Positions 1 to 9,502 of a stretch of 40,034 nucleotides of DNA are shown here, piece by piece (the stretch's first letter is position 1; every line of letters starts with the position of its first letter). The position numbers were made by a program, and so were the translations under genes. The stretch lies in the UHGV virus genome UHGV-0388909; one strand, given 5' to 3'. This stretch comes from a virus. The notes beneath the pieces were generated by a model that worked only from the letters and a program-made list of their open reading frames with translations, had not been told where the DNA came from and did not search any database.

Positions 1-102
1 GCTAACTCCTGCTGTTTATAATATGTCTGGATTACCGCACTATCATAAGCAGGAGTTAGCAAAAGAGAGGCAACTGATTCAGCCAAAGCCGTTTACAGCT
101 GA
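1..102. repeat. Terminal repeat block: 1-55 is the reverse complement of 39938-39992; 49-102 is a direct copy of 39981-40034
   Basis: Direct string comparison of window start and end. Confidence 0.9.
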
Positions 103-520
103 GCTTCCACCTGGAGTGTCAACGCGTCCGGCATATCATGGAAGATTCCCTGGTGATGACATATCGTCTCAGTCATCTAAAAAAGCACCTCAGGCAGTAT
201 CAGAGCCAGCAAGAATACCTTCTGTATCGCCGCCAAAAGAAGAATCAGCTAACAGAGTTTCAAGTGGCCGCAAGCAGTGTTTGCGATGCAGAATAAACCT
301 TCCATATGACAAATTCCGGAAATCGTCAAAAAATCCAGATGGATTGACTAAGTGGTGTGCAAGGTGCCTCGATGGCCCAAAGAATACACGCCATATGAAG
401 TGGTGCCCAATTTGTAATGTCCGCAGAAAACGGACCAGCTTTTACCCTAATAATCAAAATGCGGACGGCTTAATGGCATGGTGCAAAACGTGCTGGGACG
501 AGCACAAAGCGAAACGATAG
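23..520 (+). CDS. C-terminal part of a Cys-rich protein with tandem CxxC...WCxxC zinc-ribbon-like repeats; probably continues from 39724-40034 across the circular junction
   Basis: ORF track; residues from position 49 onward are encoded by the same sequence as the end of the window; the annotated N-terminus (23-48) lies in the inverted duplicate and is probably artefactual. Confidence 0.5.
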   Translation: MSGLPHYHKQELAKERQLIQPKPFTAELPPGVSTRPAYHGRFPGDDISSQSSKKAPQAVSEPARIPSVSPPKEESANRVSSGRKQCLRCRINLPYDKFRKSSKNPDGLTKWCARCLDGPKNTRHMKWCPICNVRRKRTSFYPNNQNADGLMAWCKTCWDEHKAKR

Positions 521-542
521 GCCGCTCTTGCGGCCTTTAAAT

Positions 543-800
543 TTACCGGGTTTGTTTTCGTAATTGTTCGGCACAATAGTCGAGATGTGTTTGCAGATCC
601 TGCATAGACATCTGTGAGCTGGTGACGTAGTTAATCAGTGCAGTCAGTTCGGCAAGTGGGCCATCGACATTAAATCCATCCTTATCGAGATCCCGGAGTA
701 ATTTCATCAAGTGCGATCCCTCCACCAGTGACCTGACGCCTCCCGGCGTGTGAATCCTTTCGGTAAATCCGTCTTCCAGTGGATAGTGATACTGCTGCAT
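543..800 (-). CDS. Small SOS-regulated protein (85 aa); candidate antirepressor or induction trigger
   Basis: ATG at 800 preceded by GGAGAA; the longer ORF to 923 would run through the LexA box and promoter; no family recognised. Confidence 0.5.
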   Translation of the reverse strand: MQQYHYPLEDGFTERIHTPGGVRSLVEGSHLMKLLRDLDKDGFNVDGPLAELTALINYVTSSQMSMQDLQTHLDYCAEQLRKQTR

Positions 801-819
801 CTTATCTTCTCCATGCAAT

Positions 820-839
820 AACTGTATGTTTATACAGTA
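820..839. promoter_or_regulatory. LexA (SOS) box, CTGT-N8-ACAG
   Basis: TAACTGTATGTTTATACAGTAA about 20 bp upstream of the ATG at 800; strong match to the E. coli LexA consensus. Confidence 0.75.
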
Positions 840-876
840 ACAAATAATTTGTTTGCTATCCAGCACGTTTTGCAAA

Positions 877-891
877 TTACCCGAAAGGTAA
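877..891. promoter_or_regulatory. TTACC-N5-GGTAA palindrome (TTACCCGAAAGGTAA) in the divergent promoter region between the SOS gene and the tailspike
   Basis: Exact member of the genome-wide palindrome family. Confidence 0.6.
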
Positions 892-995
892 TATCTATTG
901 GTATTTATAGTCTTTTTATCCATATATGGTTTTTCAGGTAATAGAATAACCAGATATGCGGCGCAACGGGTGCTGCGACTATCTGGAGATTTAAC

Positions 996-3900
996 ATGAC
1001 GGTCTCAACCGAAGTTGACCACAACGAATACACCGGTAACGGCGTTACGACATCGTTTCCGTATACTTTTCGAATTTTCAGAAAATCAGACCTGGTTGTT
1101 CAGGTGTCTGACCTGAACGGGAACGTAACAGAATTGGTCCTGGATACTGGTTATACGGTAACTGGGGCGGGCACTTATAGTGGCGGTTCTGTGGTTCTTC
1201 CGTCTCCGCTTGCTACTGGATGGCGAATTACGATAGATCGTGTGCTTGATGTAGTGCAGGACACAGACCTTCGCAATCAGGGAAAATTTTTCCCCGAAGT
1301 GCATGAAGATGCCTTTGACTACCTGACGATGCTGATCCAGCAATGTTTTGGGTGGTTCAGACGTGCATTGATGAAACCATCTTTGCTTGCAAAATATTAC
1401 GATGCAAAGCAAAACAAAATTTCTAACCTTGCAGATCCATCATTTGAGCAGGACGCTGTAAATAATCGCTCAATGCGTAATTATGTCGATGCTGCAATCG
1501 CCGGAGTTGTTGGTGGTTTTGGTTGGTTTATTCAGTATGGTTCTGGGGCTGTGTACCGAACGTTCCAGGATAAAATGCGTGATGCTATTAGCCCCAAAGA
1601 TTTTGGAGCTGTTGGTGATGGTATAAATGACGACTCCACTGCAATAAGCGCGTGCCTTGAAGCCTCATCTCCAGGTTATAAAATTGACGGATTAGGGCTT
1701 ACTTTTAAAGTATCAACTCTTCCGGATGTCAGTCGATTTAAAAATGCTCGTTTTTTATTTGAGAGAATACCGGGCCAGCCTCTTTTTTATGCTTCTGAAG
1801 ATTTTATCCAGGGAGAGTTATTTAAAATTACAGATACACCGTGGTACAACGCCTGGACGCAGGATAAAACGTTTGTATATGACAATGTCATCTATGCGCC
1901 TTTTATGGCTGGAGACCGCCATGGTGTAAATAACCTCCATGTTGCATGGGTTCGCTCAGGAGATGACGGGAAGACCTGGACAACGCCGGAATGGCTTACA
2001 GATTTACATGAAAACTATCCCACAGTTAACTATCACTGCATGAGTATGGGGGTTGTCAGAAATCGCCTTTTTGCTGTAATTGAGACGCGGACCGTGAGAG
2101 GAAATAAACTGCAGGTTGCAGAGTTGTGGGATCGCCCAATGAGTCGCAGCCTTCGCGTTTATGGTGGTATAACGAAAGCAGCAAATCAGCAAGTCGCTTA
2201 TATTCGCATTACTGATCACGGATTATTTGCTGGTGATTTTGTCAACTTCTCAAACTCTGGTGTTACAGGTGTTACCGGGAATATGACGGTGACTACTGTT
2301 ATTGATAAAAATACTTTTACAGTTACGACGCAAAATACTCAGGATGTGGATCAGAATAACGAGGGTAGATACTGGAGTTTTGGCACATCATTTCACTCGT
2401 CACCATGGAGAAAAACCAGTCTTGGAACTATTCCTTCTTTTGTTGACGGAAGCACTCCTGTTACTGAGATTCACAGTTTTGCGACGATTAACGATAACAG
2501 TTTTGCTGTTGGCTACCATAATGGTGATATTGGTCCACGCGAGCTTGGGATACTCTATTTCTCTGATGCTTTCGGTTCTCCTGGTAGCTTTGTTCGCAGA
2601 CGCATACCTGCAGAATATGAGGCGAATGCATCTGAGCCATGTGTAAAATATTATGATGGCATTCTGTATCTGACGACCAGGGGGACATTAAGTACTCGAC
2701 CCGGTAGTTCATTGCACAGAAGCTCTGATTTAGGTACATCATGGAATTCTCTTCGCTTCCCAAATAATGTTCATCACTCAAACCTTCCTTTTGCCAAAGT
2801 TGGCGATGAGCTGATTATTTTTGGCAGTGAGCGCGCATTTGGTGAGTGGGAAGGAGGAGAACCTGATAACCGTTATGCAGGAAATTATCCAAGAACATTT
2901 ATGACCAGAGTTAACGTCAATGAGTGGAGTCTGGATAATGTAGAGTGGGTTAATGTTACTGATCAGATTTATCAGGGCGGAATAGTTAACTCTGCGGTTG
3001 GTGTTGGTTCAGTTTGTATCAAAGACAACTGGCTGTACTACATTTTCGGTGGGGAAGATTTTCTAAACCCATGGAGCATAGGGGATAACAACAGAAAATA
3101 TCCTTATGTTCACGATGGTCACCCGGCTGATTTGTATTGTTTCAGGGTGAAAATTAAACAGGAAGAATTTGTTTCAAGGGATTTTGTCTACGGAGCCACT
3201 CCTAACAGAACGCTTCCTACTTTTATGTCGACGTCAGGCGTGAGGACGGTTCCTGTACCCGTTGATTTCACAGATGATGTTGCCGTCCAGTCACTGACTG
3301 TCCATGCAGGTACATCAGGACAAGTTCGCGCGGAAGTCAAACTTGAGGGTAATTACGCCATTATTGCGAAGAAAGTACCGTCTGATGATGTTACCGCTCA
3401 GAGATTAATCGTTAGCGGCGGTGAAACAACGTCTTCAGCAGATGGTGCAATGATAACGTTGCATGGTTCCAGAAGCAGTACTCCACGTCGCGCGGTATAT
3501 AACGCACTCGAACATCTTTTTGAGAACGGAGATGTTAAACCTTATCTTGATAATGTAAATGCTCTTGGTGGTCCGGGAAACAGGTTCTCGACAGTTTATC
3601 TTGGCTCCAATCCTGTGGTTACCAGTGACGGAACATTAAAGACAGAGCCGGTCTCTCCTGACGAAGCATTGCTGGATGCCTGGGGTGACGTCAGGTATAT
3701 CGCTTATAAATGGCTGAACGCTGTCGCTATAAAGGGGGAAGAAGGGGCGAGGATACATCATGGTGTAATCGCGCAGCAACTTCGTGATGTTCTTATTTCT
3801 CACGGACTCATGGAAGAAGAAAGCACAACATGCCGCTATGCCTTTCTTTGCTATGACGATTATCCCGCAGTATATGATGACGTCATTACTGGCCAAAGGG

Positions 3901-4115
3901 AAATGCCGCTGACTGATAATGACGGGAGCATCATTGTTGATGAGGATGATAATCCAGTGATGGTAATAGAAGACATCATTGAGCGCGTTGAAATAACGCC
4001 AGCAGGATCTAGATGGGGGGTCAGACCTGATCTCTTATTCTATATCGAGGCAGCATGGCAGCGCAGAGAAATGGATAAGATAAAAGAGCGGGTTCAGTCT
4101 CTGGAAGAACGTTAA
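996..4115 (+). CDS. Tailspike/tail fibre: N-terminal anchor domain, central sialidase-like depolymerase, C-terminal intramolecular chaperone (peptidase S74-like)
   Basis: Two Asp-box motifs (SGDDGKTW, SSDLGTSW); beta-helix-type motif DFGAVGDGINDD; C-terminal ...VTSDGTLK...HHGVIAQQL... typical of self-cleaving chaperone domains. Confidence 0.75.
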   Translation: MTVSTEVDHNEYTGNGVTTSFPYTFRIFRKSDLVVQVSDLNGNVTELVLDTGYTVTGAGTYSGGSVVLPSPLATGWRITIDRVLDVVQDTDLRNQGKFFPEVHEDAFDYLTMLIQQCFGWFRRALMKPSLLAKYYDAKQNKISNLADPSFEQDAVNNRSMRNYVDAAIAGVVGGFGWFIQYGSGAVYRTFQDKMRDAISPKDFGAVGDGINDDSTAISACLEASSPGYKIDGLGLTFKVSTLPDVSRFKNARFLFERIPGQPLFYASEDFIQGELFKITDTPWYNAWTQDKTFVYDNVIYAPFMAGDRHGVNNLHVAWVRSGDDGKTWTTPEWLTDLHENYPTVNYHCMSMGVVRNRLFAVIETRTVRGNKLQVAELWDRPMSRSLRVYGGITKAANQQVAYIRITDHGLFAGDFVNFSNSGVTGVTGNMTVTTVIDKNTFTVTTQNTQDVDQNNEGRYWSFGTSFHSSPWRKTSLGTIPSFVDGSTPVTEIHSFATINDNSFAVGYHNGDIGPRELGILYFSDAFGSPGSFVRRRIPAEYEANASEPCVKYYDGILYLTTRGTLSTRPGSSLHRSSDLGTSWNSLRFPNNVHHSNLPFAKVGDELIIFGSERAFGEWEGGEPDNRYAGNYPRTFMTRVNVNEWSLDNVEWVNVTDQIYQGGIVNSAVGVGSVCIKDNWLYYIFGGEDFLNPWSIGDNNRKYPYVHDGHPADLYCFRVKIKQEEFVSRDFVYGATPNRTLPTFMSTSGVRTVPVPVDFTDDVAVQSLTVHAGTSGQVRAEVKLEGNYAIIAKKVPSDDVTAQRLIVSGGETTSSADGAMITLHGSRSSTPRRAVYNALEHLFENGDVKPYLDNVNALGGPGNRFSTVYLGSNPVVTSDGTLKTEPVSPDEALLDAWGDVRYIAYKWLNAVAIKGEEGARIHHGVIAQQLRDVLISHGLMEEESTTCRYAFLCYDDYPAVYDDVITGQREMPLTDNDGSIIVDEDDNPVMVIEDIIERVEITPAGSRWGVRPDLLFYIEAAWQRREMDKIKERVQSLEER

Positions 4116-4121
4116 AAAAAA

Positions 4122-4141
4122 GCCCGCAAAATATTGCGGGT
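4122..4141. terminator. GC hairpin after the tailspike gene, flanked by A8 upstream and an A-rich run downstream
   Basis: Stem cccgcaa/ttgcggg; better oriented as a minus-strand terminator (U8 on that strand). Confidence 0.4.
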
Positions 4142-4421
4142 ATCAAAAACGGAGTTGGTGAAAAGTTATCTTTGAATTCTATCATGAATCAGTACGTATT
4201 TTAAATACATGTTCAGGTTTATTACACCATAGCATTATTAAATACAAAATTAAGTCTATGGTTCCTGTACAACTGCCCCCACTCTGCTGGCTCGTTCTGT
4301 AAAATCATTAGTACTTTTATTGAGATATATGATATGGAACAATAATGATTCATATATGGTTTACTATGCGGGTTTAGTCATCAATAATTGACTGGCTTAT
4401 AGATAGTAAACAGGAGAAAGT

Positions 4422-4826
4422 ATGTCTGCTCAAGTAACAAGTGAGCAATTAAATCAGTTGCTTAGTTTTGGTTCTCTTGCTGCAGTTATTGCAGGTGTCC
4501 CTCCGGAGGTTGCTTTAGGGGCTTTGGCTGGGGCGGTAATTTTTGTTACCTCTGCAGTAGAGTACCCCATCCGTCGCCGGGTGCTCCTGTCGATGCTCAG
4601 CTTTCTTTGCGGCCTTCTCTTTTACAAACCAGCAGCATCAATTCTTATCGGCATAGCCAGCCTGATCCCTACCATCACGCAGGACTCTTTTGAAAAAGGG
4701 ATTGTTTTCTCTGCAGGCGCATTCGTGTCAGCAATTGTCGCTGTGCGTATTGGTATATGGCTCTATCACCGTTCCGATAATCCACGCGAGTTAATTCCGG
4801 GGAGAAAAGACGATGGTAACGCATGA
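4422..4826 (+). CDS. Holin-like membrane protein (multiple predicted TM segments)
   Basis: Hydrophobic segments; immediately upstream of the endolysin; good Shine-Dalgarno. Confidence 0.55.
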   Translation: MSAQVTSEQLNQLLSFGSLAAVIAGVPPEVALGALAGAVIFVTSAVEYPIRRRVLLSMLSFLCGLLFYKPAASILIGIASLIPTITQDSFEKGIVFSAGAFVSAIVAVRIGIWLYHRSDNPRELIPGRKDDGNA

Positions 4827-5121
4827 GTTTTTTTTGCTTATCACTAATGCAGTTATTTGCACTGGCATAGCAATTCGCGTTGTCACATTCCGGCGTAACG
4901 GCTCTCAACATCGAAGGTGGGGAGGATGGCTTGCTTATTTCCTGATTGTTGCTGCGGCCAGTATTCCTGTTCGAGTCGCCTATGCAATCTGGTTACGTAC
5001 GCCAATGGCTGTGGATTTATCTGAGGTCATTATCAACGCTGTCATGCTGGCTGCGGTTATTAAAACGCGCGGTAACGTCGTTCAAATTTTTAAAGTATCG
5101 AGGTCTAAACATGGAGATTAA
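4813..5121 (+). CDS. Second small membrane protein of the lysis cassette (holin/antiholin-like)
   Basis: About three hydrophobic segments; overlaps both neighbours; GGAG 8 nt before the ATG. Confidence 0.5.
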   Translation: MVTHEFFLLITNAVICTGIAIRVVTFRRNGSQHRRWGGWLAYFLIVAAASIPVRVAYAIWLRTPMAVDLSEVIINAVMLAAVIKTRGNVVQIFKVSRSKHGD

Positions 5122-5740
5122 ACAATTCCAGCGAGCTGCTGGTATCAGCGAGGCACTGGCCGCACGCTGGTTCTCGCATATAACTTCTGCGATGAAAGAG
5201 TTTGGTATCAGCAAAGCAGAAGATCAGGCAATGTTTATTGCTCAAGTCGGGCATGAGTCTGGGGGCTTCACCAGGTTGCAGGAGAATTTCAACTACAGTG
5301 TCAGCGGACTGGCTAACTTCGTTCGGGCTGGGCGTCTCACTCAGGGGCAGGCTAATGCACTGGGGCGCCGTGCTGGTGAACCACCATTGCCACTTGAGCG
5401 CCAGCGCGCGATCGCAAATCTGGTATACAGCAAACGCATGGGGAACAATGCCCCTGGTGATGGCTGGAATTACCGAGGGCGCGGACTTATCCAGATTACC
5501 GGTTTGAATAACTATCGTGATTGCGGAAACGGTCTGAAGGTTGACCTGCTGGAGAGCCCTGAACTGCTGGCGCAGGACGGATATGCGGCTCGTAGCGCGG
5601 CGTGGTTCTTCGCCAGCAAAGGATGCATGAAGTATACCGGCGATATTGCACGTGTAACTCTGATTATCAATGGTGGCCGGAACGGCATCGACGACCGGCG
5701 AGCGCGGTACATCACTGCCAGTAAGGTGCTGGCGGTATGA
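5111..5740 (+). CDS. Endolysin, glycoside hydrolase family 19-like
   Basis: Motif [12 protein letters not shown] and overall GH19-type pattern; start ATG at 5111 with GAGG upstream; the ORF-track start at 4946 is probably an upstream extension. Confidence 0.75.
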   Translation: MEIKQFQRAAGISEALAARWFSHITSAMKEFGISKAEDQAMFIAQVGHESGGFTRLQENFNYSVSGLANFVRAGRLTQGQANALGRRAGEPPLPLERQRAIANLVYSKRMGNNAPGDGWNYRGRGLIQITGLNNYRDCGNGLKVDLLESPELLAQDGYAARSAAWFFASKGCMKYTGDIARVTLIINGGRNGIDDRRARYITASKVLAV

Positions 5741-6219
5741 TCTGGGCATTCGTAAAAGCATACTGGAAACAGTTTCTTATCGTGGCAGTGCTTGCTGTTC
5801 TGGTCATATCAGGAGTGGTTGCCTGGAATATACACGGCAGTCGCCAGTACGATGCCGGGTATGCTCAGGCGGAAGAAGACCGCAAAGCCGAAGAAGACAA
5901 AGTTCGTCAGTACTACGAACAGGAGAAAGTGACCAATGAACGTGAAGCTCAGCAGAGGATCGACCAGGCGCGCAATGATGCTCTTGATGCTGCCGCTAGC
6001 GCTGGCCGGTTGCAGCAACAACTCTTTGCCATCCGTGAGCAGCTCAGGCAGTATAACGCCATTGTCGGCGCTGGGTCGTCAGCCGCAGACACCGGAGTTT
6101 TGCTTGCCGACGTGTTCAGCAAATCTCTCGAGAGAAACAGACAACTGGCAGAGTATGCTGACCGGGCAGCCGAAGCCGGAAGAGTCTGCGAAAAACAGTA
6201 CGACACTTTGACCAGATAG
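5737..6219 (+). CDS. i-spanin (Rz-like): N-terminal TM, coiled-coil periplasmic domain
   Basis: ATGA overlap with the endolysin stop; TM helix followed by a charged, Q/E/R-rich region. Confidence 0.7.
   Translation: MIWAFVKAYWKQFLIVAVLAVLVISGVVAWNIHGSRQYDAGYAQAEEDRKAEEDKVRQYYEQEKVTNEREAQQRIDQARNDALDAAASAGRLQQQLFAIREQLRQYNAIVGAGSSAADTGVLLADVFSKSLERNRQLAEYADRAAEAGRVCEKQYDTLTR
5936..6211 (+). CDS. o-spanin (Rz1-like) lipoprotein embedded in the +1 frame of Rz
   Basis: Signal sequence with lipobox LAGC; entirely nested in Rz; start ambiguous (5936 or 5975). Confidence 0.65.
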   Translation: MNVKLSRGSTRRAMMLLMLPLALAGCSNNSLPSVSSSGSITPLSALGRQPQTPEFCLPTCSANLSRETDNWQSMLTGQPKPEESAKNSTTL

Positions 6220-6239
6220 CATGGCATTTTTCATGGTAC

Positions 6240-6510
6240 TGATTTCCGGTGACGGTATATAAAACGGTACGGGAAAAATTGAGATTTGGAAAAATGTTAT
6301 CACTCAATTGGTTATGGTTATCGTAAATAATTGAGTGGGAATGATTAACAGCTAACTCATAGCAACTCATTCCTATTCAGATACTAATTTAACCCTCTGT
6401 TTTTACAGAGGGTTTTTGTTTTTATGTATTCATTTCTATTCACTCTACACCATATTTTTCGTCGGTACAGGTGACGGTATTACCTTAAAGGTATACTCTC
6501 ATACCGTCAT
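6240..6510. other. Candidate attP region with repeated arm-like sequences
   Basis: Non-coding stretch between the lysis genes and int; GGTGACGGTAT at 6249-6259 and 6470-6480, inverted partner ATACCGTC at 6501-6508, degenerate TTACC palindrome at 6480-6494. Confidence 0.35.
6393..6423 (+). terminator. Rho-independent terminator after the lysis cassette
   Basis: Stem ccctctg/cagaggg followed by TTTTTGTTTTT. Confidence 0.75.
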
Positions 6511-6536
6511 GAAAATGGTTTCTATACGGGTGAATT

Positions 6537-7793
6537 GTGCTTACCGATACAAAATTAAAAAACCTCAAGCCGCAGGACAAACTGTACAAGGTCTCCGATC
6601 GTGACGGGCTGTATGTAGCTGTGCTTACGTCAGGCACGGTCTCGTTTCGCTATGACTACCGTATCAACGGTCGCCGCGAAACACTGGTAATCGGGCAGTA
6701 TGGGCGTGACGGTATCAGCCTGGCAGAAGCGCGAGAAGAACTGATTGCTGCAAAGAAGCTGCTTAAAGCAGGCCAGTCACCGGCTGCGGCTAAACGTGAC
6801 GGTATTAAAAAGATTCGTGGTGCCGAGACGTTTGCGGTACATACCGACAGTTATATGAAACACGTCATCCTGGCTGACAGTACCCGCGCAATGAAGCAGG
6901 CGGTGATCGACCGTGACATACTTCCGGTTCTTGGCAACAAAATGATGGCTGAAATTACCACATCAATGGTTCGTGATTTGTGTGACCGGATTGTCGAACG
7001 CGGTGGTCGGGCAACAGCAGTACAGGCCAGGGAGATCATCAGCAGCGTATACCGTCACGCCAATGACCGTGGTCATGGTTTGTTTAATCCTGCGGCTGAC
7101 ATTAAACCTTCGTCTATCGCCATATTTAAACCACGAGAGCGAACACTGACACCAGAAGAAATTGGCCTGTTCTTCCGCACGCTGGATGCCATTGGTGCTA
7201 TGGGCACTATGAAAATGGCTTTAAAGCTGGTGCTTATCACCATGGTTCGTAAGGGAGAATTCACCAATGCAACGTGGGATGAAATAGATTTTAAAAAATG
7301 GACATGGACAATTCCTTCAGACCGCATGAAGGGAAGTCGGGCGCACGTTATTTACCTGCCTAAACAGGCACAGGATATATTAGTCGGGTTGCAGATGTGC
7401 GCTGGTGGAAGTGAATATCTGGTTCCTGGTCGTTACAATTTCCGGAAGCCATTATCTAATGCCGCGCTGAACTCTCTGATCGACAGAACGGTGAAAATAA
7501 TAAATGAAGATGGTGAGCATATTCAGGATTTTACTGTACATGATATGCGCCGTACAGCCAGTACATTGTTGCATGAGGCTGGTTATCCTTCAGACTGGAT
7601 TGAAAAGGCTCTGGCACACGAGCAGAAAGGTGTGCGCGCCGTATATAACAAAGCGGAATACGCCAGACAGCGCGCCTACATGTTGCAGCAGTGGGCCGAT
7701 ATGATTGATTCCTGGATTAACGGGGAGCATACGGATCTGATTCCGTTCTCCCCGTCGAAGTTTGAGAAGTGGATGGAAGACAGTAATAAATAA
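6537..7793 (+). CDS. int: Tyrosine site-specific integrase
   Basis: GTG start; N-terminal arm-binding-type region; C-terminal HDMRRT...Y catalytic signature. Confidence 0.85.
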   Translation: MLTDTKLKNLKPQDKLYKVSDRDGLYVAVLTSGTVSFRYDYRINGRRETLVIGQYGRDGISLAEAREELIAAKKLLKAGQSPAAAKRDGIKKIRGAETFAVHTDSYMKHVILADSTRAMKQAVIDRDILPVLGNKMMAEITTSMVRDLCDRIVERGGRATAVQAREIISSVYRHANDRGHGLFNPAADIKPSSIAIFKPRERTLTPEEIGLFFRTLDAIGAMGTMKMALKLVLITMVRKGEFTNATWDEIDFKKWTWTIPSDRMKGSRAHVIYLPKQAQDILVGLQMCAGGSEYLVPGRYNFRKPLSNAALNSLIDRTVKIINEDGEHIQDFTVHDMRRTASTLLHEAGYPSDWIEKALAHEQKGVRAVYNKAEYARQRAYMLQQWADMIDSWINGEHTDLIPFSPSKFEKWMEDSNK

Positions 7794-7795
7794 TT

Positions 7796-8455
7796 CTATC
7801 CTTCCTGGACTTTGGTAAGCGTCAGATTTCCGCAGAACACTGCGCCGGTGTCGATGTACATTTGGTTTGCATACACCAGTGGGTGATGTGCTGGCGTATG
7901 ACCGAAGATGAACAAATCGGCACCGGTTATCTCCGAGACAATACCGTCCTGCGCGTCGCTAACCCGCTCACGATTCCATATCACCATTTCTTCCGGTACT
8001 GGCTTATCGAATGCGTATTCGTTGTGCGGGTAGTCTGCGTGGCAGATGACGACCTTCTTATTGCCGGTAACCAGTTCGATAATCATCGGGAGGTTGGTAA
8101 CCTTTGGCAGAAGGTATTTGAGTTGCACATCCTGCTCAGAATCAAGTTGGTGCCACCATCCACCGCCGTTTGACATCCAATGTCCGAAACTTCCGCCGTT
8201 GACCAGTGCATCCAGCATCATCTGCTCATGGTTGCCACGAACAGCTCGGAACCACGGCATAGTAATCAAATCCAGGCATTCGACGTTTTCAGCGCCGCGG
8301 TCAACAAGGTCACCAACGGAAATAAGCAAATCGCGCGCCGGGTCGAATGAAACTTTGTCGAGTTCGTTCATCAGCAGCGTGTAGCACCCATGCAGATCGC
8401 CGACGACGAAGATATTGCACCAGTCAGCGCCATTGATGCGTTGATATAGGTTCAT
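7796..8455 (-). CDS. Ser/Thr protein phosphatase (calcineurin-like metallophosphoesterase)
   Basis: GDLHG, GDLVDRG and GNHE motifs; start ATG at 8455. Confidence 0.8.
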   Translation of the reverse strand: MNLYQRINGADWCNIFVVGDLHGCYTLLMNELDKVSFDPARDLLISVGDLVDRGAENVECLDLITMPWFRAVRGNHEQMMLDALVNGGSFGHWMSNGGGWWHQLDSEQDVQLKYLLPKVTNLPMIIELVTGNKKVVICHADYPHNEYAFDKPVPEEMVIWNRERVSDAQDGIVSEITGADLFIFGHTPAHHPLVYANQMYIDTGAVFCGNLTLTKVQEG

Positions 8456-9102
8456 GCTGCACGCTCCCGCCCCTGGTTGTCTGTTGGTGACAGCGGAGCA
8501 TTGCTGAATGCATTTGTTAATCCGCCGATATCCAACGCGTATCCAGGGTGTAGTTGCACTGCCGGGTCTTCGCACTGATTACCCCAAACATCGAAGCCAT
8601 GAGACGTCTGGCGGGCGAACAGTTCAATGCGAGAAACATCGCCTAATAATTGCACAAGTTTTTCACGAACGATATCTGGCTTTCTTGAATGCTCAAGCCG
8701 CGGTGCGGTAAATGACTGAACGATCCCTGCATTAATGCGCGTAGGTAGTTTTCCCTTTACCGCAAACAGGCAATCTTCACTATTGGCGCGAGTCATGTGT
8801 CCCATACCCATAACCAGTTTATCTGGTTGTCGACTACCACATTTTATCCACGTGAAGCCCTTCATCGTCATCAGACGGAATCCCCAGGCTTCAACAACTT
8901 TTAGTGCTTCGAGTGGTTGTGTTGGCACCCACCACATGGCCAACAGACAGTTTTCATCGGCCAAATCCCACACAGGAAGGCGGCAGATATCCAGCACACT
9001 CATAACCGGATATTTAAAACCGGCACCGCGATTACCATCTGCGGCTTTGTCCCGGTATACCCAGGGTGGATCTGCATAGATTAGTGTGTATTTCTTAGTC
9101 AT
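8452..9102 (-). CDS. MT-A70-family DNA N6-adenine methyltransferase
   Basis: IYADPPW motif; ATG at 9102 with GGGGTGG upstream. Confidence 0.75.
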   Translation of the reverse strand: MTKKYTLIYADPPWVYRDKAADGNRGAGFKYPVMSVLDICRLPVWDLADENCLLAMWWVPTQPLEALKVVEAWGFRLMTMKGFTWIKCGSRQPDKLVMGMGHMTRANSEDCLFAVKGKLPTRINAGIVQSFTAPRLEHSRKPDIVREKLVQLLGDVSRIELFARQTSHGFDVWGNQCEDPAVQLHPGYALDIGGLTNAFSNAPLSPTDNQGRERAA

Positions 9103-9120
9103 AAACCACCCCACAACATC

Positions 9121-9393
9121 CTATGCCGCTATAGTCGCCACGGCGAAGGCCGTTCCTTTTGTGATACATTGGTCCCTGCGAACCGCGATCCTTGCACGTT
9201 CAACATCACCAGAAGCAACATCCATACACTGAAGCCAAAGGTGAGCGGCAATGCGGAATTGCCCTTTTTTCTCTCTTTCAATCGCGCGTTTTTCGATCTC
9301 TATCGCCGCAGGAGTAACGGCGACAATCTTTGACGGACTGCGCATTGAAACCTTATTCATGTGATATTTTTCAAGTCGGCTTAACTTTCTCAC
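9121..9393 (-). CDS. Hypothetical early protein
   Basis: ORF track only; start may be internal (about 9360). Confidence 0.4.
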   Translation of the reverse strand: MRKLSRLEKYHMNKVSMRSPSKIVAVTPAAIEIEKRAIEREKKGQFRIAAHLWLQCMDVASGDVERARIAVRRDQCITKGTAFAVATIAA

Positions 9394-9502
9394 TTAATCC
9401 AACCCTCTCTGAAAATTAATGCCAGCAGATAAAGCCATGCTGAAACAGAGGCCAGGAATAAGTACCATCCTGACCATTTGCTCCAGTGCCTTAGCAGCGC
9501 AC

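Noticed and set aside
23-48. N-terminal 9 codons of ORF 23-520 (MSGLPHYHK)
   Set aside because: They lie in the inverted terminal duplication; the real gene most likely starts at 39724 and runs across the junction.
543-923. Full-length 126-aa version of the SOS-regulated ORF
   Set aside because: The upstream 41 codons would be translated through the LexA box and promoter and lack an RBS; the internal ATG at 800 has a strong GGAGAA.
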